Source: Bacillota bacterium
GTDB lineage: Bacteria; Bacillota; SHA-98; Ch115; JABLXJ01
Length of the DNA stretch: 64,000 bases
Direction of reading: 5' to 3'
Assembly: GCA_013178125.1 (NCBI GenBank)
Contig: JABLXJ010000008.1
Location: forward strand, 78,305-142,304
Shown: positions 39,624 to 48,302 of the stretch, in pieces
Numbering within the stretch: position 1 is the first letter of the stretch
Layout of the letters: each line of letters opens with the position of its first letter
Made by a program: the position numbers and the translations under genes
Notes under the pieces: generated by a model
What the model was told of the DNA's origin: nothing
Database searches by the model: none
Seen by the model: the letters and a program-made list of their open reading frames with translations, nothing else

Positions 39624-41153
39624 ATGCAATGGCTTCAGGCCCTCTCCACCCTGGCAAACCCCGCATGCATAGCGTTCATGCTGCTTGGGTGCATAATTGG
39701 CATCATCGGGGGAGCCCTCCCGGGGATTGGTGCCAGCCTGACCATGTCACTACTTATTCCATTTACATTTACGCTGCCCAAAACCATAGGGCTACCGTTC
39801 CTGATCGCGGCATGGTCGGCGGTCCTGTGGGGCGGCTCCATCACCGCCATCCTGCTGAATACCCCGGGGACCGGCGGCAACGTGGCGACGTGCTTCGATG
39901 GCTTCCCCTTGTCGGAGAAGGGTCGAGGCGGGGTCGGCCTCGGGATATCCGCTATGTCATCGATGGTGGGCGGCCTCGTAGGGATCATCGTGTTGATCCT
40001 ATTTGCGCCACTGCTCGCCAGCTTCTCTTTAAGATTCGGGCCTGCGGAGTACTTCCTTCTAGCTATATTCGGTATGAGCATCATAGCCACGACTACAGAA
40101 GGCGCTGCCCTCAAGGGGCTCATAGGCGCCGGGATCGGCCTTCTCATCAGCCTTATAGGCTATGACCTGATCTCCGGCGAGATACGCTACGACTTCGGAA
40201 CCCTCTACTTACAGGATGGCATCCCCTTCCTGGACGTGATAATCGGGCTCTTCGCCGTCTCGCAGGCGTTCGTCTTCGCCGAGGAGCTCGAAGCCACGGT
40301 CGCCAAGGCGGGGAAAGTGGTAGGTAGCGCCTTCGAGGGTATACTCATCCCCTTCAAGTATGTCGTAACGCTGGTGCGGAGCTGCCTCATAGGAGTTATC
40401 TTCGGCTTCGCTCCCGGCGTGGGCACCGCCGCTGCAAACATGGTCGCCTGGACGGAGGCAAAAAGGAGCTCCAGCCACCCGGAAACGTTCGGCTCAGGTG
40501 ACGAGGAAGGATTAGTGGCAGCCGAGACTGCAAACAATGCTGTTCAAGGTGGCGCCCTCATCCCCGCCCTCACCCTCGGCATTCCGGGCAACTCCGATTC
40601 GGCGGTCTTCCTGGTCGCGCTCATGATGTACGGCATAACGCCCGGCAAAGATCTCTTCGGGAACAACCCCGACCTTGTCTATGTGCTCTTTACGGCCTTG
40701 CTGATAGGCCAAATCCTCTTTTTCGCGATAGGAGTGCCGTTTTCTAATCTCTGGGCGAAGGTGACCATAGTCCCAACAAGCATCGTTATGCCGGTTGTGT
40801 TGATAACCTGTTATGTGGGGGCTTTCGCGCTAAGAAACAACATCTGGGACATTCTCACGGTCTCCATATTCGGACTGCTGGGATACATCATGAAGAAGCT
40901 CAAATTCCCTGTGGTCCCGATGATGCTCGCCGTGATCCTCGGGCCCATAGCGGAAAAGAACTTCTACCGGGCCCTCTTGATATCCGGCGGCTCCTTTAAG
41001 ATATTCGTTTCCAGCCTGATATCTCAAGCCCTTATCCTGCTCATTGTTTTCGCGCTCGCCTTTCCATATATTTCAAGCGTTTTAAGAACGCGGCGGCAGA
41101 AAAATAGGGATAAAAACGGGGCATTGGACACACCACGGAGGTGCGAGTCATGA
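39624..41153 (+). CDS. tctA: Tripartite tricarboxylate transporter large permease TctA
   Basis: 509 aa polytopic protein. Conserved GxxxG-rich segments (GIIGGALPGIGASLTMSLLIP). Confidence 0.85.
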   Translation: MQWLQALSTLANPACIAFMLLGCIIGIIGGALPGIGASLTMSLLIPFTFTLPKTIGLPFLIAAWSAVLWGGSITAILLNTPGTGGNVATCFDGFPLSEKGRGGVGLGISAMSSMVGGLVGIIVLILFAPLLASFSLRFGPAEYFLLAIFGMSIIATTTEGAALKGLIGAGIGLLISLIGYDLISGEIRYDFGTLYLQDGIPFLDVIIGLFAVSQAFVFAEELEATVAKAGKVVGSAFEGILIPFKYVVTLVRSCLIGVIFGFAPGVGTAAANMVAWTEAKRSSSHPETFGSGDEEGLVAAETANNAVQGGALIPALTLGIPGNSDSAVFLVALMMYGITPGKDLFGNNPDLVYVLFTALLIGQILFFAIGVPFSNLWAKVTIVPTSIVMPVVLITCYVGAFALRNNIWDILTVSIFGLLGYIMKKLKFPVVPMMLAVILGPIAEKNFYRALLISGGSFKIFVSSLISQALILLIVFALAFPYISSVLRTRRQKNRDKNGALDTPRRCES

Positions 41154-42175
41154 ATATGTCCGTAAAAGCCGGGGGGCTTGAGCTCAAGAATCCCCTAGTC
41201 CTTGCATCAGCAAGCTACAGCGCGAATGCATCGGGGATAGAAAAATATATAAGGCTCGGCTTCTCGGCCGTGATAACAAAGACGGTCACGAGGAAGCCGC
41301 TCGCAGGTGCGCCCCCACCGAGGATATTCTGGTACGACCCGAATGAAAAGCGGATGCTGAGCGGGGTCGAGGCCCTGCGAAACCCGGGCTACGAGAAGGT
41401 CTGCGAGGCTATAGCCAGGTGCAAGCCCCTTGCCGCCCAGGAGGATTGTAAAATCATCGCGAGCCTCAGCGGCCAGTCTGAACAGGAGATGGCCGAAATG
41501 GCAAGAGCCCTCGAGAGCGCGGGAGCCGATGGCATTGAGCTCAACCTCGTTTGCCCGTCCACAGGCCCCCATCTCGGGCCGGATTATGACCGCCTCGGCA
41601 AGTACTGGTCTGAAACGCCTGAGCGGGTCATCTCGGTCATATCTGCCGTGAAATCCGCTGTCAACGCGCCGGTATGGGCGAAGTGCACCCTGGGCAGCAT
41701 CATCAAACCCGAATTCATAAAAGAGGTGGATGCGAAGGCCCCGCCAGATGCGTATGCGTTCATAGGCGGGCGCATGCCCTGCCTCGTGATAGATACCGAT
41801 ACGGGAAAGCCGAAATTCCCGGGGAATACGCTCCTGAGGTTCGAAAAGGGCATACCTGTCATGCCGACGGTCACGGGGCCCGTCAAGCCGAGCACGATAT
41901 TGCATACGGCCTACCTTGCAAAAATCACGAAGACCCCGCTCATATGCTCAGGCGGCTTGGGCAAAGGCCTAGACATCATTGAGGCCCTTATGGTAGGCGC
42001 CTCGGCGGCGTGTATCAGCACAGCCGTCTATAGAAAGGGTGACATTTCGCTCGAGATACTCAGGGAGATACAGGACTTCATGGAGAGGAAGGGGCTTTCC
42101 TCGCTGGACTCTATCAAAGGGATCGCCCTCCAGCACATCCCTGACCCGCCGCTCCTGAAAGTCCCGGGGCTCTGA
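41141..42175 (+). CDS. Dihydroorotate dehydrogenase-family flavoenzyme (DHOD 1A / PreA-like TIM barrel)
   Basis: LKNPLVLASASY, ITKTVT, GIELNLVCPS (equivalent of NxSCPN), CSGGLG. Confidence 0.7.
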   Translation: MRVMNMSVKAGGLELKNPLVLASASYSANASGIEKYIRLGFSAVITKTVTRKPLAGAPPPRIFWYDPNEKRMLSGVEALRNPGYEKVCEAIARCKPLAAQEDCKIIASLSGQSEQEMAEMARALESAGADGIELNLVCPSTGPHLGPDYDRLGKYWSETPERVISVISAVKSAVNAPVWAKCTLGSIIKPEFIKEVDAKAPPDAYAFIGGRMPCLVIDTDTGKPKFPGNTLLRFEKGIPVMPTVTGPVKPSTILHTAYLAKITKTPLICSGGLGKGLDIIEALMVGASAACISTAVYRKGDISLEILREIQDFMERKGLSSLDSIKGIALQHIPDPPLLKVPGL

Positions 42176-42340
42176 CCGAATAACTAATATGACCCAATAT
42201 ATGACTATAATGACATCTACTCTACCGGCACCCGCCCCAGATTGATCAGCCCTGAGTCGGGCTGAATTGCATCATTTGGGGATAAAGTCGGAATAAATTC
42301 AGATCGCTTCTGGAGCTAAAGTATACGGGGAGGCATTCCG

Positions 42341-43051
42341 ATGGACGTCGCAGAGGATATCCAGCAAATAAAGGAGAATCTGGCCCAGGCGGTGCGCGTC
42401 CTGGCCAATGGCGGGATTCTCACCCTCATGGTGGGGCACGTAAGCCAGAGAGTTAAATCCGATGGGAGCATAGTAATCCTGGGACACGCTCACAGGCTTG
42501 GGAAGACGCTCAGCAAGGTCGCGGCCGGCGATATGGTGACTATTGACATGAATGGGAATCTCATAGATGGGCGCCTCGGCCCGCCTGGGGAGAGGTTTAT
42601 TCACACAGCGATATATCGCGCGAGGCCGGACGTAGGAGCCGTGATACATGCCCATCCCCTCGCCTCCTTGCCGTTCGGCATAGCAGGTGTTGAGATCATC
42701 CCAGTGTTTGCCAGGGCTGTGCAGCTCGGGCCGAAGGTGCCGATCTTCGATTACCCGGGCCAGATCGATACGGAAGCCAAGGGCGAGGAGCTTGCGCGCA
42801 ACCTGGGCCCCAACAAGGCTTTGCTCCTCCGTGGACATGGGATCGTGGTCGTGGGCGAAACCCTCGAGGAGGCCTGCGTGAACGCTTTTATGCTCGAGAT
42901 GAACGCTGATATCCAATTCAAGGCGAGCCTGCTGGGCTCAGCCAGGCCCGTGACCCCCGAAGAAGTCTACGGCGAGAATCATCAGAGCCGCCATACGCCT
43001 ACAAGCTCATGGTTTTATTTCGTAGAGCGCTACAACGGCTGCGGCGATTAG
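42341..43051 (+). CDS. Class II aldolase/adducin-domain protein (aldolase or decarboxylase/dehydratase-type)
   Basis: FIHTAIYRARPDVGAVIHAHP metal-binding His motif; 236 aa. Confidence 0.8.
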   Translation: MDVAEDIQQIKENLAQAVRVLANGGILTLMVGHVSQRVKSDGSIVILGHAHRLGKTLSKVAAGDMVTIDMNGNLIDGRLGPPGERFIHTAIYRARPDVGAVIHAHPLASLPFGIAGVEIIPVFARAVQLGPKVPIFDYPGQIDTEAKGEELARNLGPNKALLLRGHGIVVVGETLEEACVNAFMLEMNADIQFKASLLGSARPVTPEEVYGENHQSRHTPTSSWFYFVERYNGCGD

Positions 43052-43413
43052 GGGATAATACAACTCGCGCTCTATTATAAGGCATGAGGCTATGAGGCCG
43101 CGTGTACAGCCCACTAAGTAACATGGGGGACGTGGCCTCAGCTATATTCCTCGATAACTGCACTTGAGTCTAACTCGAGTCTATCGCCGATAGATATCAA
43201 GTTTAGATTCCCCCAACTTTCAAAATGATGAAATCTTCTACCGAAGGAAAAACTAATATGGCGACGAATACGGAAGAAGATTGTACCTGACCGGGGTCCG
43301 GCCCACCTACCTGTGGTAACCCTGATCATCAATGTCAATGATGGATTGCTTCAAGGGTTGGCGGTATAATGGTCTAACTAGAAGTCTCACTCACTCGACT
43401 ACGACAAGATTGG

Positions 43414-43767
43414 ATGCTACAAAGGGGGTGTTTCTTTATGAATGGCTTTACTGAAGCGCTTGGGATTACAGTGGTAGGAATGGTCACAGTTTTCGCTGGC
43501 CTATTGGTCCTCGCGTTCTGCATAAAGCTCCTCGAGAGGCTCTTCGGCCCCGAAAACGCCCCTCTCGAGCAGGAGCAGGGCATGGCTCAGCTTGAGCCTG
43601 CCGAGGGTGGCCGAGAAGAGGCTCAGGTATATGAGGGTCTGGCCGGGGAGATAATAGCGGCGATTACTGCGAGCCTTATTGCCGCAGGAGTCAACCCGAA
43701 GCGCGTCACCATACGGCCCGCGGACGCGAGCGCAGCGGAGGAGAAAGAGGACCGTGCTATAGCATAG
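43414..43767 (+). CDS. oadG: Na+-translocating decarboxylase gamma subunit (OadG-like)
   Basis: MNGFTEALGITVVGMVTVFAGLLVLAFCIKLL is a typical OadG TM helix. Probable start is the internal Met at 43438. Confidence 0.7.
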   Translation: MLQRGCFFMNGFTEALGITVVGMVTVFAGLLVLAFCIKLLERLFGPENAPLEQEQGMAQLEPAEGGREEAQVYEGLAGEIIAAITASLIAAGVNPKRVTIRPADASAAEEKEDRAIA

Positions 43768-44037
43768 GATGTTCTCTTAAGGATATCCTTTCGAAAACAT
43801 TGTACATGAGTTCACAATTTGAGAACGATAGCTGGACGATAGTCAATAGTGGCCAATGGCTAATTTGAATCGCCAATGGTCAACTTGCTGGTGGTTGAGG
43901 GTTTACAATGGTTACCAAAGTGATAGTCACTGAGCGACAAATAACATATAGCGATTACCAGGGGCACCCGAAGAGGTTATCTATCTAAAGGGGTTACCCC
44001 ATTATATTTTTTATTAGAAAGGCAAGATGGTCGTTTT

Positions 44038-44439
44038 ATGAGAAAATTTAAAGTAGTGGTCGGCGGAAACGAGTATGACGTAGAAGTTGAAGAATACCGC
44101 GAGGAAGAGGCGGCTGCAGAGCCTGTTGCGAAGAAGCCCGTCGCCGTGGCGACACCGGCACCGGCGCCGAAGCCCAAAGCCGTACAGCCCAAGCCCACCC
44201 GCGAGGGGCATGCCCCCAATTCCAAGACGATCACCGCCCCTCTTGGTGGAACCATCCTCAAGGTCAACGTCAAAGAAGGGGACAGGGTTAAGGCGGGGCA
44301 GATCGTTCTGACCCTCGAGGCTCTCAAACTCGAAAACGAGATTGCTGCGCCGGCAGACGGGGTTGTTCGCGAAATCGTCGTGTCGTCCGGAAACACCGTA
44401 GAGATCGGGCAGACGTTGATGGTTATCGAACTTGACTGA
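44038..44439 (+). CDS. Biotin carboxyl carrier protein (stand-alone biotinyl domain)
   Basis: Ala/Pro-rich linker then a biotinyl domain, ...GQIVLTLEALKLENEIAAPADGVV. The ALKL motif takes the place of the canonical AMKM. Confidence 0.8.
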   Translation: MRKFKVVVGGNEYDVEVEEYREEEAAAEPVAKKPVAVATPAPAPKPKAVQPKPTREGHAPNSKTITAPLGGTILKVNVKEGDRVKAGQIVLTLEALKLENEIAAPADGVVREIVVSSGNTVEIGQTLMVIELD

Positions 44440-44596
44440 TGGTTATAAACACTGATGGTTATCAACCGTGAGCAGTGGGAAAACGCGGGAAAAATAATTA
44501 AGGTAGAATTCAGTAGATCGGTCCCCCGATCTATATCCCGATCTATATATAGTAATGGCAATAGCAATAAACGTCCTTAAGGGGGCATAGTTCAAG

Positions 44597-45709
44597 GTGC
44601 TAACTCGAATGTTGGAGTTCATAAGGAGCACGGGTTTCGTCAATATCACCCCTGGCGAGGCCCTGATGATTCTTGTATCATTTGTCCTGCTCTACCTGGC
44701 CATAAAAAAGGGGTACGAGCCGCTGCTCCTGGTCCCGATCGGGTTCGGGGTCATGCTCGCTAACCTCCCGCTCGCCAATTTAATGGAGAAGGGCGGGTTG
44801 CTATACAACCTTTACCAGGGGGTCAAGCTCGGCATATACCCGCCCCTCATCTTCCTGGGGGTCGGGGCGCTCACGGATTTCGGGCCGCTGATTGCAAACC
44901 CGTTTAGCATACTCCTCGGGGCGGCAGCGCAAATTGGCATATTCACCACCTTCCTGGGTGCTATAGGTCTCAATTTCACCCTGAAGGAGGCTGCCTCGAT
45001 CGGCATAATCGGCGGGGCCGATGGGCCGACGGCGATATATCTCACATCCAAGCTGGCGCCCCACTTGCTTGGGCCCATCGCGATAGCAGCCTACTCTTAT
45101 ATGGCTCTCGTCCCAATTATCCAGCCTCCAATAATGAAGGCCCTGACGACCCCGGAAGAGCGCAAGACAATGATGGCACAGCTAAGAACGGTATCTAAGG
45201 CCGAGAGGATCATCTTCCCCATAGTTGTCACCGTCCTTGGAATCTTGATTGTCCCGTCCGCCGGGGCTCTAATAGGTGCGCTCATGCTTGGCAATCTTAT
45301 GCGCGAGAGCGGCGTTGTGGACCGGCTGACCAAGACCGCCCAGAACGAGCTGATAAACATCGTGACGATATTCATTGGCTTGACCGTGGGCGCCACAGCA
45401 AATGCGGCCACATTCCTGACCTTCCGGACCATCAGCATTGTTATCCTAGGCCTCCTGGCCTTCGCCGCAAGCACCGCAGGCGGGGTCATTTTCGGCAAGA
45501 TCATGTATAAGCTAACCGGGGGCAAGGTGAACCCCTTGATAGGCTCGGCGGGCGTCTCGGCCGTTCCAATGGCCGCCAGGGTCTCACAAAAGGTGGGCCA
45601 GGAGGCCAATCCGGAGAACTTCCTGCTGATGCACGCGATGGGGCCAAATGTGGCAGGGGTTATAGGCTCGGCGATCGCAGCCGGCGTCCTGCTTGCCGCC
45701 CTCGGGTAA
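44597..45709 (+). CDS. oadB: Na+-translocating decarboxylase beta subunit (OadB/GcdB/MmdB family)
   Basis: 370 aa polytopic protein; [17 protein letters not shown]; GADGPTAIY. Confidence 0.9.
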   Translation: MLTRMLEFIRSTGFVNITPGEALMILVSFVLLYLAIKKGYEPLLLVPIGFGVMLANLPLANLMEKGGLLYNLYQGVKLGIYPPLIFLGVGALTDFGPLIANPFSILLGAAAQIGIFTTFLGAIGLNFTLKEAASIGIIGGADGPTAIYLTSKLAPHLLGPIAIAAYSYMALVPIIQPPIMKALTTPEERKTMMAQLRTVSKAERIIFPIVVTVLGILIVPSAGALIGALMLGNLMRESGVVDRLTKTAQNELINIVTIFIGLTVGATANAATFLTFRTISIVILGLLAFAASTAGGVIFGKIMYKLTGGKVNPLIGSAGVSAVPMAARVSQKVGQEANPENFLLMHAMGPNVAGVIGSAIAAGVLLAALG

Positions 45710-45765
45710 TATCGGATTTCGGATTAAGGAAGAATTGAATCGAAAGGGGATTGAGAGGGGATATC

Positions 45766-47205
45766 ATGAGCGCTGACGAAGTCAGAAACCATGCACTCAA
45801 AGAAAGCAAGGCCGGCAGCGCCGCTGCGCTGCAAGAGACGCCGGCGCCAAAGAGGCGGATAAAGGTCACCGATACGATCTTCCGGGACGCGCACCAGTCC
45901 CTCCTGGCCACCAGGATGCGCACCGAGGATATGCTCGCAGTGGCCGACGAGATTGATAAAGTGGGGTATTATTCCCTGGAGGTCTGGGGTGGGGCTACCT
46001 TCGACTCCTGCCTCAGGTATCTCGACGAGGACCCTTGGGTCCGCCTCCGTAAGCTGAAGGAACGAATCAAGAACACGCCGCTTCAGATGCTTCTCCGCGG
46101 GCAGAACCTGCTCGGCTACCGCCAGTATCCAGATGATGTGGTGCGGGAATTCATAAAGCTCTCCATCGCTAACGGGATAGACATCATGCGTATATTCGAT
46201 GCGCTCAACGACGTGCGCAACATGCAGGTAGCCATCGAGGCCACCAAGCGTGAAGGAGGGCACGCCCAGGCGTCTGTCGTCTACACTACGAGCCCGGTGC
46301 ACAACCTGGACCTCTATGTGAAGATAGCAAGAGCCCTGAGGGACATGGGCGCTGATTCTATATGTATCAAGGATATGGCCGGGCTCCTCACTCCATATGC
46401 AGCCTATGAGCTCGTGAAGCGCCTCAAGGAGGAGATCGCCCTCCCGGTTCACCTTCACAGCCACTATACCAATGGCCTGGCCGCCATGGCCTACCTCAAG
46501 GGAATCGAGGCGGGCGCCGATGGCATAGATACCGCCCTGTCCGCGCTCGCGCTCGGGAGTTCCCAACCGGCTACGGAAACGATGGTTGCGACCCTGCAGG
46601 GGACGCCTTACGATACAGAGCTGGATCTCAGCCTCATCAGCTCGATAAACTCCTATTTCAAGGGCGCAAAGGAAAAATACGCAAAGGTGGCTGCCCCTGT
46701 AGCCGTTAACCCTGAAGGGCTCATCTGGCAGATACCCGGCGGGATGCTCTCGAATCTCAGGGCGCAGCTGAAGGCGCAGGGCATGCTGGATAAGCTCCCC
46801 GCCGTTCTCGACGAGGTCCCGCGGGTGCGCGAGGAGATGGGCTACCCGCCCCTCGTAACGCCCATGAGCCAGATCGTCGGGACGCAGGCTGTCCTGAACA
46901 TCGCTACGGGGAAGAGGTATGCGATAAAGTCAAAAGAAATCCGCGACTATGTCAAAGGCCTCTACGGGACGCCGCCAGCCCCGATAAATGATGATATCAG
47001 GCGGATGATCATAGGCGACGAGGAAGTCGTCACGTGCCGGCCCGCGGACCTTCTCGAGCCACAGCTCGAAAAGGCAGAGGCTGAGCTGGGGGACTACATG
47101 CAAAGCCAGGAGGACCTACTCTCTTACGTGCTCTTCCCCGAGGTGGCCATGGACTTCTTCAAGAAGCGAGAGCAAGTGCAGGAAGAGGCCCAGGCGGGAG
47201 CGTAA
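45766..47205 (+). CDS. oadA: Oxaloacetate decarboxylase alpha / pyruvate carboxylase subunit B-type carboxyltransferase (no biotinyl domain)
   Basis: ITDTIFRDAHQSLLATRMRTEDML (HMGL-like TIM barrel). ~480 aa without a C-terminal biotin domain. Start at 45766 after the GAGGGG RBS. Confidence 0.85.
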   Translation: MSADEVRNHALKESKAGSAAALQETPAPKRRIKVTDTIFRDAHQSLLATRMRTEDMLAVADEIDKVGYYSLEVWGGATFDSCLRYLDEDPWVRLRKLKERIKNTPLQMLLRGQNLLGYRQYPDDVVREFIKLSIANGIDIMRIFDALNDVRNMQVAIEATKREGGHAQASVVYTTSPVHNLDLYVKIARALRDMGADSICIKDMAGLLTPYAAYELVKRLKEEIALPVHLHSHYTNGLAAMAYLKGIEAGADGIDTALSALALGSSQPATETMVATLQGTPYDTELDLSLISSINSYFKGAKEKYAKVAAPVAVNPEGLIWQIPGGMLSNLRAQLKAQGMLDKLPAVLDEVPRVREEMGYPPLVTPMSQIVGTQAVLNIATGKRYAIKSKEIRDYVKGLYGTPPAPINDDIRRMIIGDEEVVTCRPADLLEPQLEKAEAELGDYMQSQEDLLSYVLFPEVAMDFFKKREQVQEEAQAGA

Positions 47206-47221
47206 CAGGTGCCGTGCAAAG

Positions 47222-47490
47222 TGCCAAGATTCTTGGCAGTCTTCCCCGGTCAAAAGTGAAATTGGCAGCTTTCTTGGCAGGCTGCACGTGAAGATGCCAA
47301 GATTCTGGGCAGTTACCCGCTCATCCTGCCAATATTCTTGGCAGTTTGCCCCGGCCAAAGGTGAAAGTGCCAAGAATTTTGGCAGGTCGCGCGTAAAGGT
47401 GCCAAGATTCTTGGCAGTTTTGCCGCGTACAGGGGTTAGCCTGCCAAATTCCTTGGCAAGAGGTGAGTCATCCTGCCAAGTTTCTTTGCA
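47222..47490. repeat. Array of eight imperfect 17-bp palindromes (consensus TGCCAAGATTCTTGGCA), helically phased
   Basis: Copies start at 47222, 47263, 47295, 47327, 47368, 47400, 47442 and 47474. Centre-to-centre spacings are 41,32,32,41,32,42,32 bp, i.e. about 3 or 4 helical turns. Spacers after copies 1 and 4 are similar, giving a ~105-bp higher-order unit. The array lies in the convergent intergenic region between oadA (+) and a DUF355-like gene (-). Confidence 0.85.
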
Positions 47491-47536
47491 GCCCCGACGT
47501 ATCAGTAGCACGTCCGGCGCAGAGCTTCTAGATCTC

Positions 47537-48055
47537 TTAAAGCTTATATCCTATAGTCCTGAGGAGCTTCTTCCGCGCGGCTATATCCTCCGCGCCCTCA
47601 ATCCCTGCGGACACCAGCCCGTCGATGACGCCCAGAATCCCGCGCCCCTGCTTCGTCTCGGCGATGATCACCTCAACAGGATTCGCGGTTGCGCAATAGA
47701 TGCCGCATACCTCGGGCACCTGCTTGATGGCGTTGAGCACGTTGATTGGGTAGGCATTCTCCATGAGGATGATGAAGCTGTGCCCCGCCGCCAGTTTCAA
47801 GGCGTTGTTCCGTGCAAGCTCGACGAGGCGCTCGTCGTTCCCCGCATACCGCACGAGCCGCGGGCCCGAAGATTCGCAAAACGCCACGCCAAACTTGATC
47901 CCCGGGCCCGACGTCGCCATCGCCTCATAGATATCCTCGACGGTCTTTATGAAGTGGGCCTGCCCGAGAATCATATTCATGTCTTCTGGCTTATCGATCT
48001 TGACTACTTTTAGCTCCAACCCTGCTTCCACCATGGCCTCCACCTCGCTATCCAC
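47537..48055 (-). CDS. DUF355/adenosine-specific-kinase-like family protein (tentative)
   Basis: 172 aa soluble protein. From memory it resembles the ~160-aa archaeal/clostridial PF04008-like family, so the family assignment is weak. Confidence 0.35.
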   Translation of the reverse strand: MDSEVEAMVEAGLELKVVKIDKPEDMNMILGQAHFIKTVEDIYEAMATSGPGIKFGVAFCESSGPRLVRYAGNDERLVELARNNALKLAAGHSFIILMENAYPINVLNAIKQVPEVCGIYCATANPVEVIIAETKQGRGILGVIDGLVSAGIEGAEDIAARKKLLRTIGYKL

Positions 48056-48302
48056 CTACTGTTACTACCTAAAAACTGCCCAGCTATTCCCAGGCAATAT
48101 TTTCATTACCTGTGGCGCCGCAGCGCGGCATGAGGGTCTCCTCCGGGAATAACCCAATTATCTCCAACTAGAAATTCGATCCCTTCTAGAGATTTGATCC
48201 CTCTTATTCTTCTTGGCGCTGCGCCAGCGCACGGGGTCTACCCTTATTTATCATCCCCCTAAGGTGTAGCTATCTTGCAGCTATCCTATAGCTATCTTGC
48301 AG

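Noticed and set aside
47260-47290. Sigma54 promoters within the palindrome array (TTGGCAG half-sites)
   Set aside because: No GC dinucleotide at the required +12 register after any TGGCAG copy. The orientation is also inconsistent with the flanking convergent genes.
47222-47490. CRISPR array interpretation of the palindromic repeat cluster
   Set aside because: Repeats are only 17-19 bp. Spacers of 15-25 bp are below CRISPR spacer lengths, and two of them are similar to each other. No cas genes nearby.
47288-48013. 241-aa plus-strand ORF spanning the repeat array
   Set aside because: Its translation is just the periodic repeat (PRFWAV/PRFLAV...). It also overlaps the well-formed minus-strand DUF355-like gene. 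Artefact of repeat periodicity.
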